From: Macrostomum lignano | Taxonomy: Eukaryota | Assembly (NCBI GenBank): GCA_002269645.1 | Contig: NIVC01002675.1 | Coordinates: 62,001 to 126,000 of the forward strand | Length of the DNA stretch: 64,000 bases | Reading direction: 5' to 3' | Shown: positions 45,026 to 55,690 of the stretch, piece after piece | How positions within the stretch are numbered: the stretch's first letter is position 1 | Layout of the letters: every line of letters starts with the position of its first letter | Program-made: the position numbers and the translations under genes | The notes under the pieces: model-generated | Database searches by the model: none | What the model was told of the DNA's origin: nothing | What the model saw: the letters and a program-made list of their open reading frames with translations, nothing else

Positions 45026-48000
45026 TTAAAGCAGCGCGGACATCCGCGTCAGTCGAACGCTGCACGGTCGCAGGTGTTCCCGAATCACGTGACCAACAAA
45101 ATTCGGGCCGACCAGGAATCGTTTAGCACAGATCGGACACCTGGAGTTAGTTAGGGCACCGGTGATTCAACAGTTTAGACCTTTGATTTGATTATTATTC
45201 AAGGTCATTGTTGAGAATACTTTGAGAATAGTAAACAGAACACGAACTGCTGGGCACTGAGAGGATCGCTAGCTAGTGTTGCAAATTGAGCAGACAGATT
45301 TGGCCCAATGACTACTCAAGTAGAAAAACGGGAAGCCTTGTTTCTTATACATATCAAAAGATGAACATGAGGTCTGCTTCCTATCAAAAGCAATAACAAT
45401 TTTCTATCTCTGGAGTGTATTTTTTGGAAAACCTAGAATATAAAATTTTCCAAGAAACATACAGTTTCCAGTCCTTCTACTTGAGTAGTCCTTGACTTTG
45501 CCATGACTAGTGCTTTCACACCTTCGACTTGGGATCACTGGATTCGGGACTGGGATCTTTCCACTAGGGATTTCGATATGTCAGGATTTATAATTTGAAT
45601 CTATTCAGGACTTGAACATTGGGGATGCTATGTAGATGTACATTTTGAGTTCCCCAATTATCAGGGAGGTCTGACATGCGCTATTCAATAGTAATGTTAA
45701 GCGCTGAAATCCTGCTGTTCGATTCAATGCAACTCGCCTGTCCATGTCGGCCCCGTGCGCCACCCTCAGGTGGGCCAGCCAGGCCTCGCGGCAGAGGAAT
45801 TCAACGCCTGGTCGGCCCAGCCGGCGGCACCGTCGGCAGGTGAGGCGGTGCCCGCTGACGGCGGCGTGTCTTGTCAGCGACTGCGGCTCGGAAAAGCTCG
45901 CCTGACAGGCGAGGCAGTTGAACCGCTGCAGATTTGACAGGCGCCGCCGATGGTCGAAGTGCAGCTCGCCGCCGCGCAGGCCGACAGAGCGAAGGCCGTG
46001 CCGGCTGCCCAGGTGCCGAAGCAGGTCGGCAACCGAGGGGAAGCCACCGAGACGACAGGCGGCGCCAGCTGCAGCCGCAGGCGGGCAGATCGGGCAGTGC
46101 AGCTTGGCCAGGCGGTCCAGCAGCTCCGCAGGGTGCCGCAGGCGGAGATGGGCGCACAGAGCCTCGGCGTCGGCAAGTCGGCAGCCGCAGTGCCGGCAGC
46201 TCGGCCGAGACTCCGCTAGGCAGCTGGCGCCGCCGCCCCAGGCCAGGTGCAGCGCCATGCCGCTCCTAGTGAGAAATCGGCGCCCACAGCCGGGGCAGCG
46301 CCGGCCGGCGGGCGAGCGGAGCGCCGCCTCGAGCCGGTCTGGCGGCTCCCGGAAGCCGTGGGCGGAGCGCAGGTGATGGGCCAGAGAGCGGAAGGAGCGG
46401 ACGGCGCCCCGGCACAGCTCGCACAGCACAAAAGGCGGCCGGTCTGGCCCGGCTGCGGGTGTGAAAGAGGGGAGTAGGACTCAGGACATGATTTGGGACT
46501 TAGACTTTCACTGGAATCTCAGGATTTGAATTGGGACTGAAGGAATTTCTTTGGGATCTCATGATTTGGGACTGCAGGACTTTCTCTGGGATCTCCGGAT
46601 TCGGGACTGCAGGACTTTCCCTGGGATCTCTGGATTCGGGACTGCAGGACTTTCCCTGGGATCTCTGGATTCGGGACTGCAGGACTTTCCCTGGGATCTC
46701 TGGATTCGGGACTGCAGGACTTTCCCTGGGATCTCTGGATTCGGGACTGCAGGACTTTCCCTGGGATCTCGGGATTTTTATCGGTACTGGAACTTCCTCT
46801 AGGGATCTTAGAATTTGGGAGTTCAGTTAGGACCGCGACTTGGGATCTTGAAATTGAAGTCAAACGAAGATTCTAAGGCTAGGTGATCATGCTTTAACTG
46901 GGATTCAGACTGCAACTTTAAGGTCGAAAGCAGCTGGCTCACCATAGTTCCGCAGGCGCACAGGTTGGGCCGAAAAACTTCGCATTGGCGGCTGCCACCA
47001 CAAATTCTGCCTATCTGCACTAACACTAGCACTATCATTAGCATTAGCACTAGCCACAGCAGCCTGAGACATTACAATTCTCTTCCCATAGAAAGTGCCC
47101 CGCTCCAGTCTACCGTGCATTTCGGTGACGCCAAACAGGTGCAAACTGTCCAGCTGCAGACAGCAGGCAACCGGTTGAGATTCAACAGCGTCGGGCGCCA
47201 GAGGCCGCGACCCCAGGCCGGGACAGGCGTGCCTAAAGAATTCACCGGGCGTGGCGCAGTCGCTGACGCAGAGTTCGCACTGGTAGGCGCCTGGCAGCGC
47301 CGGCGGCAGTCCGGGCAGACGGTGGCCGCTGCGCATGTGCGAACGAAAGGTTTCGGGATCGCGGCAGCTGAACTTGTCCAGGGCGCACCTGGGATTGGGG
47401 CGGTAAGATGAGTTTGCACATGAATAGCAGTATGGTTAGACTTGCAGTTAGACTAGTAAAATACCCGAGATAAACTACCACCTAAAAAAAAGATAAAAAA
47501 GGGGGGGGGGCCGTAGCCCAGCGGTAGCGCAGCTGCTCTGGTGTGCCGCGACCCAGGCTCGATTCCAAGTGCAGCCACATTAATTTGGGGCGGAATTAGA
47601 ATTTCGGCTTGGCTGGCTTGTGCAATTAACGGCCTTGAGAGCCAACCCAAGGCACAGTGAAGTGTACATGCCTAACGATTGATAAAGTTAGGGCCGCTGT
47701 ACACTCCTGTGTGAGTGTGTGCCTGCGTACGTATCCGCGCGCTTGTATGCCTGCTCAGGGGAGTCGGCGGAATGGGCAGCAATGCCTCTCGCCGGTTGTG
47801 TGCCTATGTCGCTTCAAGTGCGCCAGGGTGCACACAACCCCCCTGCCTCTAATAAAAAAATAGACTAGTAAAATACCCGAGATAAACTACCTGATCAATG
47901 GTCAATATAAAGCCTAGCATACATGCGCAACCTTGGGAATCACCCGGCCGTTTCTATTGGCAACACACGCACACATGTAAGTCGCTATTGGCTGAGAGCA

Positions 48001-49123
48001 GTCACGTGACCACTATTCTGTCCAATTACGACTTTATCTACATAATGCAATCGTTACACTCCGAGTAAGGTGTGTTAGACGCACCGGGGGGGGGGGTGCG
48101 GTACACGCCTCTGTACTCCGGTGGGGGTTGAAGTGTGGGTTGTTGGCCACGCCGGCCGGTTTTAAGCTCCAGCACCCGGCCCGTTATTTATACAAATAGC
48201 TCCCTCAAAAGAATGCTTAAACTTTTACATAATACACTGCCTACATACCATAGACCATTTATATCATTGAAAATACTAAAATATAGAAAATATTTACTTT
48301 GTTATTGCAATATAATATTAAAACACTACAAATAGTTGTTATATTTGTATCCTTGAGCAAGGCACTTAACTTTGCATTGCTTCAGTCCACCCATCTGTAA
48401 AATGGGTGCCAGCATTAGCTGGGGTAATTGAGGGTGTGTTTGGCGACCTCCCAGTCCTTGGACTGAACAGCCGTACGCAGCCTTCAGATGCGCTGCGCAA
48501 TAGCTGCGGCTGAGCTGTCGGTTGCACATTTGGCCCAATTGGGGCAGGTGCAGTCAATTGTTATTATTATGCACTACTAAACTGCCAAGCGTGACTGATG
48601 AGGCCCTTTAGTCTCACCTGTACAGACCCTCCGGGCTGAGGTGGCCGCGCTGGTAGTGCAGCAGCACGGCCAGCTCCGTGTCCGCTCGGAACGGACAGGT
48701 GGCGCATCGAAATCGAAACGGCGTAACCAGGTGCGAAACTGTGGGCAGCTTCTGATCTTCATCAGCAGCGTCACGCCGATCCCTAGCAGCTGGATAATGA
48801 TGCAGCACCAAGGCCAGGCCGATGTCGCGCAGGAAGCTGGCCACGGGTCTCAGCTCCCTGCCGCAGCCACTTGCAAGCAGTTGAAGATTTTTAGTGTGCA
48901 CAAATATGTCCCCAACGCGGTGCCGCACCATGCTGTAGTTCAGCAGCACCAGCTCGTCATCGGGCTGGAGAGCCGCTTCGCCTTCGCAACAGGGAGCGGC
49001 GGCTGCTGCCAACGAAGCTGCAGGTGCTGCTGGGCCATCGACAGTGGAATCCTCATTGTTGCTCAGATCAATCACTTCCTGAGCCTGGCCTTTGCAGACT
49101 CCATCATCTGCTAGCATGGCCAT
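45026..49123 (-). CDS. Multi-C2H2 zinc-finger protein, 4 exons, ~593 aa
   Basis: complement(join 48618-49123, 46943-47388, 45738-46452, 45026-45140) = 1782 nt. Fingers include CATCPFRADTELAVLLHYQRGH, CELCRGAVRSFRSLAHHLRSAH, CPGCGRRFLTRSGMALH, CRHCGCRLADAEALCAHLRLRH, CLACQASFSEPQSLTRH and, in the last exon, CPICAKRFLVGPNFVGHVIREH. Intron 3 uses donor AG|GCGAGT (GC-AG). Confidence 0.85.
46540..46770. repeat. 35-bp minisatellite (GGGACTGCAGGACTTTCCCTGGGATCTCTGGATTC)n, ZF intron 2
   Basis: Direct tandem copies; a related degenerate unit lies at ~45525-45600 in intron 3. Confidence 0.9.
47480..47860 (+). mobile_element. tRNA-derived SINE with A-rich tail, flanked by a 31-bp direct repeat
   Basis: A box TAGCCCAGCGG (47514), B box GGCTCGATTCC (47556), tail AATAAAAAAA (47851-47860); TAGACTAGTAAAATACCCGAGATAAACTACC at 47449-47479 and 47861-47891. 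Confidence 0.85.
48346..48572 (+). mobile_element. 5'-truncated CORE/MIR-like SINE fragment with (TTA)n tail
   Basis: TGTATCCTTGAGCAAGGCACTTAAC...CCCATCTGTAAAATGGGT resembles the CORE-SINE conserved segment (TGTGACCTTGGGCAAGTCACTTAAC...CATCTGTAAAATGGG); TTATTATTAT at 48561-48570. Confidence 0.7.
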
Positions 49124-50858
49124 TCAGCAACAAAAATGTGGATAGCTTAAGGCTAGAACAGTGAGATCTGATCAATGATCACTCGCTCTATAATCTCACT
49201 TTATGTACTTTTTAATAACATGAATTCACAATTTTCAGCTTTTCTGTAATAAAGGATCAGTTCAGTTCACTTTCAGTTCAGTAGTAAGTTTAACAGAAGC
49301 ATTTTAATGTATTTTAAAGCCAACTTTAATTTACTGGCTCTTACCCCCGGCTTAAACCTTTCAACCGCACTTTTCAATACCCCCACACCACCCCACTTTT
49401 TATTAGGTCTTCCTTGGTTGTTCATTGGCCAAAATCTGCCTTGTATATTTCAGTGGAAAATGTACATTGTGACTGAACCAATTAGCAAGCTTGACTTCTA
49501 AACTTATCACCACCCCAATATTGACACCTGCCATCTGTTTTCTATTGTATTATGCTATATATCATACCTTAGTTTTTATAATTTTCTAAAATCTTGTGCC
49601 TTAATCTCAAAATCTTTTTCATTTTTCACTTTGCAATTGCATTGTTATTGAAATAAAGACTCATGTTATTGGGTCATGGCTAGTCATTTAACATTTGTTA
49701 TAATCCTATATAATAACCATACTAGTATCTGCCAAGCCAATAAACTTGTTTTCTTGTTTAAAAAATCAAGTATTAATTGTTATATATTTCTTAGTTATTT
49801 AATTCCTTTTTATCTTGACCTATCCTATAAATGCTATAAACTCTAGGCTAATATCTAGGTCTACTTTATTGTTATTACTTTGTTTAGGTATACTTTTAGG
49901 TTGGAAATTGAAGTTGGCATATAGTTGATTTTCATAAGGCCAATGCTAAAGAAATTATAAGGGCTATCCAAGAATAGTATTACTTTTAAAGATCTTTCCT
50001 TCTGATGATCCAAAAAACATTTGCTATTTTGTTTTTTAGACATAGCAAAAATAAAAGAACAAAAAAGCAATGAAACTAAAACCTAGTAAGAAATATTCTG
50101 CTGCTTTAAAAGTTTTGTTTTTTTTTTTATAGATATCTCTTTATCATAGCTGCTTAACAAAGAAGTTTAAATGTATTCAATCAAGTTCTTTTGCTACTTT
50201 TCACTAGCTTATTTAACTTACTCTAAGTCTATAGTTAAGTTCCTGCCATCTGCTAGAGTTTCTACAAAAAATGTGTACAAATGTTATTTGGATCATCAGA
50301 ACAAAATGAAAATTAAAAGTGATATTATTTTTCAAGATAGGTCAAGTGTTATTCTAGTATGTGGCACTTTTTAGTATTATATATATATATTGATATAAAA
50401 TATCCATTTATTACAATACTAGACCTTTTCTAAGTCTATTTATGACCTTTTGATTTTACATAACCCTTACGCCCTAAAGAAAGACCCCTTGGCAATTTTT
50501 TTTTGTATTTTTTATATACTAGCCATAGTCAGAAAGGTGCACCATGTGTAAAGGAATAAATTTCACTTTGTATCATCATGTGCCATGCACTAAAGCAATT
50601 TAATTAATTGTGTTATGCACTAGTATTGAGGTTGTAAAATTCCAAAAACAAAGTTTAAAAAGCTACTTATAGATTTATTCTAACTCCTAGATCAATCACT
50701 TGCAAAGGCTTCATTTCTGTCTAATTTGAATTTGTTTGTCCTAATAACAATATTAATAATTGTCATATAAGTTTTCATTGTAAATTGTAAATATTGTTAT
50801 ATAAATTGTGATTATAATTATAACAAAGAAATTCAGGTAAAGTTGCTTGCTTGGCAAG

Positions 50859-51600
50859 TAGTGATGGATTGAAATTATTTTTCAAATCGAAATTGAAATC
50901 GAAATTTTCGGTTCCTTAGAATTGAAATTGAAATTAAAATCGAAATCGAAATCGAAATTTTTGAGCTTAACTAATTTTTACTTTTTCACTAATCATGCAA
51001 AAAGGTTAACACCTTGCCTCTGCATGTATGAGCTGACATGTTTTATAAAAAGTATCTTTGATATGTTCAAACCAGAATACTTAAGATTTAACTTACTTTA
51101 AAAATACAAAATAGAAAATGCTGGTATATTATGTATTATACACTCGTACATTGAAATATAGTAGAAGTTGTATTATACTTCACCGCTGTTTAAGCTGAAG
51201 ATCTAGATACGAGTAGCCTATATCCATTTCATTAAGGCTTTAAGTCTTTAGCCAATTAAAATCCACGCCGATGAGTTCAGCCAGTGGGCTTGTGGAGGTT
51301 GAGGTGGGTGCAGCACAAGGCCTGGAACAGTGTGTGCCCCCGCACAATCTTTCTTGTAGAAAAGGCGATTCTCACCTCCCCACTGAGTCTTTGAACCGCA
51401 CTTCCTTTCACTTCCTATAGATTTTCTTCCTTGTGTAGCATGATCATCAATGTCTAAATTGTTAAAATATAACCAAAATTTCGATATGATTTTCGATGAA
51501 TGGTGTCGAAATTTGAAATCGAAATCGAAATTATTTCGATGCAAAATTAGTTTTGAAATTCGGAATATCGAAATCGAAATCGAATTTCAATCTATCACTA
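50859..51600. mobile_element. hAT-superfamily MITE, 742 bp
   Basis: 8-bp TSD TTGGCAAG at 50851-50858 and 51601-51608; TIRs TAGTGATGGATTGAAATT / AATTTCAATCTATCACTA (17/18); subterminal (ATCGAA)n clusters at both ends; no ORF. Confidence 0.92.
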
Positions 51601-51636
51601 TTGGCAAGCAGGATAAATAGGAAGGCGAAAATCAAC

Positions 51637-53309
51637 ATTTAATTAACGATGCATTTTGCATGATATTGTGCATATTCAGGTTTATTTTTGAGCAAAAAAA
51701 ATGAGTGAGATTGGCAAGAAATAAATACAAAATTTTGGGTTGTAAATTCAATCAATATTTTATATATAAAGTACATGTTTGTTGGTTCAGAAGCTGAGAG
51801 GCAAAGTCCAGGGATGGAATGATAGTCAAAATAGTTAGAAGTTTAGAAATAACTAGAATTAATAGTTAGTTCCATCCCTAGACTTTGCCTAGATTCACGA
51901 AACACTTATTTGAAAGCAACTTAAACTCAATTGCCACAAACATCAGACCCTGCAAAGTCAAATTTGAGGTTTGAAAGATAACCTAAGACCTAGACTAGGT
52001 CTCATCACTTTCTCTGTCCTATGCCACCTCATCAACAAGAAGACTAGCCACAACATTGCCGCAGAAAAGACCAGACTAGAAAAGAAGCTCCAAAAAAGAA
52101 GACTGTCTCATTGGGAAACCAATGATTGGATGACTCTTGACTGCACACCCAAATTCTATAGGCGGTATGTTGACAATACCTTTACCATCTTTGATAACAA
52201 GAACAAAATTGACCATTTCTTCAACACTCTCAACTCTACTCACACTAACATCAAGTTCACTTCTGAGGTTGCTTCCAACCAGAGGCTCCTGTTCCTTGAC
52301 CTTGACCTTGATTTTAATTGCAGAACCTTTCCACCAAAGTTTTTTAGAAAAGCATGCTTACTAATCTCATCCGCAACTTCAATTTTTTATGTCCAAGACA
52401 GTGGAAATCTGGCCTGATTAGATGTTTGCTTCATAGAGCTTTTAGTGTCTGCATTGCCTGGACTAACTTTGACCAAGAAGTGAATTTTCTGACAAAATGT
52501 TTTAACAAAATGGTTATCCTCGTGCGTTTATCCACTCTTACATTTGCAAATTTGTCTCTGAGAAAATTGCCAATCAGCCTAGCACTAAAGCCGATCACAT
52601 CAATCTCAACGAACCAACTCTTGTCCTCCTTTTCTTTGGCTATCCTTCTTAACTTTTTAAAAATAAAATCTGCAAATTATTCTGCAACTCACTTAATTGC
52701 AACATCCGTGTCATCTTTTGTTCTGCTAAGGTTGGCAACTTTGTTGGTCGGTTGAAGTCACATGTTTCCTGTGCTCTTTGTGCTGGTGTCATTTATTAGT
52801 TCAACTGCTCTGATGACCAGAGCATCTCTTACGTGGGGAAAACAAAAAGGCACCTGCACACTAGAATCAGGGAGCACTAGCTTAAAAACCGTCGGCTATC
52901 CAAAACCATCTCTTAGAGTGTAACAGTTGCTCTAACTGCAAACCCAAAGAGCGCTTCAAAGTCATTGATCAATGCTCATTTGACTTCAAACTCCAGATAC
53001 TTGAAGTGCTGTACATTAAAGAACATTCCCCCAACCTCAACATTCAACTCCAACATAGTGGCGCGGGACATGTCCCCCGTGTGTTCTGAGGGAAAGGGCA
53101 CTAGATGTATATTATTATACTTCTAACTATTTAAACTATCATTTCATCTCGACTTCTGAACCAACAAACATGTACTTTATATATAAAATATTAATTGAAT
53201 TTTTAACCCAAAATTTTGTATTTATTTCTTGCCAACCTCATTTATTTTTTTTGCTCAAAAATAAATCTGAAGATGTACAATATCGTGCGAAATGTGTCGC
53301 TAATTAAAT
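51637..53309. repeat. Pair of 163-bp AT-rich inverted repeats (51637-51799 and 53147-53309) enclosing the Penelope fragment
   Basis: TTGGCAAGAAATAAATACAAAATTTTGGGTT...TATATATAAAGTACATGTTTGTTGGTTCAGAAG is mirrored in reverse complement, with scattered mismatches. Confidence 0.9.
51900..53050 (+). mobile_element. Decayed Penelope-like retroelement (RT C-terminal part plus GIY-YIG endonuclease)
   Basis: PKFYRRYVDNTFTIF...LNSTHTNIKFTSE...LLFLD (PLE RT, YVDD changed to YVDN); WKSGLIRCLLHRAFSVC; GVIY*FNC...SYVGKTKRHLHTRIREH* (GIY-YIG). Stops, frameshifts and a large internal deletion. Confidence 0.88.
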
Positions 53310-53519
53310 TAAAAAAAATAGCAAAAACTTTTTATACTAATTAGGCCTATTTATCAAGGGAATCTAGGCCATATGCTAACTATGCCAATTTGCAAATCCT
53401 TATTTCTCTTTTTGTACCAAATATACCAAAGAAATAGCTTATTTAATCTGGAAAATTTTGGTACAATCTACCATCTTGACTATGATATATTAATACCAAA
53501 GAGAAATGTCAAGTTTTAT

Positions 53520-55690
53520 GGCACTTGGTTTACATTTAGTAGGCCCTATGTCAAACATAAGATGCATTATGTAAAACATCAGAGACACTATATAAAACAT
53601 AAAATAAGTGTGATGTCAAACAAAAAGAAAGCATCATGTTGAACATAAAAGAGACATCATGTCAAGCATAAAGAAGCATCACCTTAAACATAAGAGTTAT
53701 CATATGAAACATAAACAAAGTGTCATGTAACACTTAAAGAAACATTATGTCAAACATAAGAGTCACCATATAAGCATAAAAGTGGCACCAAATAAATAAA
53801 GCATGAGAGGAATGATGTAAAACAGGAGCACAAGAGATGCCCGCAGACGAATTGCCCGCCGAGATTTGCCTGCAGGAGATTTGCCCACCGAGCTTTTCCC
53901 GCGGAGATTTGCCCGCAGTGCATTTTGCCCTTGGAGATTTGCCCGCCGAGAATTGCCCGCCGAGATTTGCCCGCAATGCAGTTTGCCCGCGAGCGAGTTG
54001 CCCGCCGAGTTTTTTCCCGCCGAGGTTTGCCCGCAATGCTTTTTTCCTGCAGCGCATTTGGCAGCTAGATTCTGTCTGCATTGCCCCCCAAAAAAATATG
54101 CATTTGATATGCAGTTACTATCAAAACGTTTTGATCGTGTAAATCTCTTTATTGAGATTAACACATATTGGTTTTTGCGAGCTATCTCAGGCAAGGAGCA
54201 AGCAAACTCATCTATCCCATAGATTTCAATACGACGAAGGAGGTGGTTTGAACTGTAGACTATCACGTTTTTTCAACCAAACTCATCCAACAGGCGAGCA
54301 ATCTCAGCCATAGCTTGTCTGCCCATTCATTTCCTCTTCCCTTCTTTCTTTCCTCCTCCTCCAATGGCTCAGTTGCGACAAACATCCAACTCCGACAGAG
54401 AGAAGCTAATCAACGCATGGAATGACGGACAAAATTTGAGCACTGCTTCACGCATTCTCGGGATAAAGCTGAAGACGTCCAGACATATAATCTGGACTTA
54501 CATAGCTACTGGAAGAATTGCTGCTCTCCAACGTGGCGGAATAAGGGAGGAATCAAGCAAGATTGATGTGCTGCTCTATCATAAAGTCTCTTATATACGA
54601 ACCAATTAAATTTTTCGCTTAATAAACAAGCTATGGCTGAGATTGCTCACCCGTTGGATGAGTTTGGATGAAAAAACGTGATAGTCTATGGTTCAAACCA
54701 CTTCCTTCGTCATATTGAAATCTATGGGATGGATGAGTTTGCTTGCTCCTTGGAGCTCGCAAAAACCAATACTAAGCATTGGGAAGGCAATGCAGACAAA
54801 ATCTGCCGCGTCGCTAAATGCGCTGCAGGAAAAAAGCATTGCGGGCAAACCTCGGCGGGAAAAAACTCGGCGGGCAACTCGCTTGCGGGCAAATTGCACT
54901 GCGGGCAAATCTCGGCGGGCAATTCTTGGCAGGCAAATCTCCACGGGCAATTCACTCACGGGCAAAATGCACTGCAGGCAAATCTCCGCGGGAAAAGCTC
55001 GGCGGGCAAATCTCCACAGGCAAATCTCCTGCGGGCAAATCTCGGCGGGCAATTTGTCTGCGGGCAATTCTTATGGACCCATGTAAAACATAAGAGACAC
55101 AATGTCAAACATAAAGAGGCACCATGTTAAACATCAAAAAGACCATGATACCATGTTAAATGTAAAAAGCATCAGGTGAAATGTGAGTTATCATGTGAAA
55201 TATAAACAAAGCACCATGTAACACTTGAAGAAGCATCATGTCAAACATAAGAGGCACCATGCAAAAAACAGAGGTGCCATGTCCAAAATAAAAGAAGCAT
55301 CTTGTTGGACATAAAAGTGGCACCTGGGGTCTCTTTTATGTAAAACATAAAAAAGAGACCCCATGTCAAACATAAAAAAGGGACCATGTAAATCATAAAA
55401 GACCCCATGTAAAATATAGGAGTTACAATAAAAAAGAGGCCCCATGTTAAACATAAAAGAAGCAGCATGTTGAACAAAGAAAAAGCATCATGTAAAACAT
55501 ATAAGAGTCACCATGTAAAACATAAAAGAGTCACCATGTAAAACATAAGAGGCACCATACAAAACAAGAGGCACCATGTACTAAATAAACAAAGCATTAT
55601 ATCAAACATAAAAGAAGTATCATATAAATCATAAAAGAGACACAATATAAAACATAAAACCATGTTAAACATAATAAGAGTCACTAAAGT
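53520..55690. repeat. A-rich degenerate minisatellite (CATGTAAAACATAAGAGGCAC-like), in two blocks (53520-53830, 55075-55690) split by the foldback element
   Basis: Both blocks have the same orientation and the same AAACATAA/CATGT cores. Confidence 0.8.
53833..55071 (+). mobile_element. Foldback, internally deleted DNA transposon with ~450-490-bp TIRs and a Tc1/IS630-like HTH remnant
   Basis: Arms 53833-54318 and 54626-55071 are reverse complements rich in TTGCCCGC motifs. Spacer ORF 54364..54609 MAQLRQTSNSDREKLINAWNDGQNLSTASRILGIKLKTSRHIIWTYIATGRIAALQRGGIR resembles a transposase N-terminal HTH. TA follows the right end, CA precedes the left. Superfamily is inference. Confidence 0.8.

Noticed and set aside
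47505-47580. Functional tRNA gene
   Set aside because: A and B boxes are present, but I could not form a clean cloverleaf; it continues into a SINE body with an A tail and TSD.
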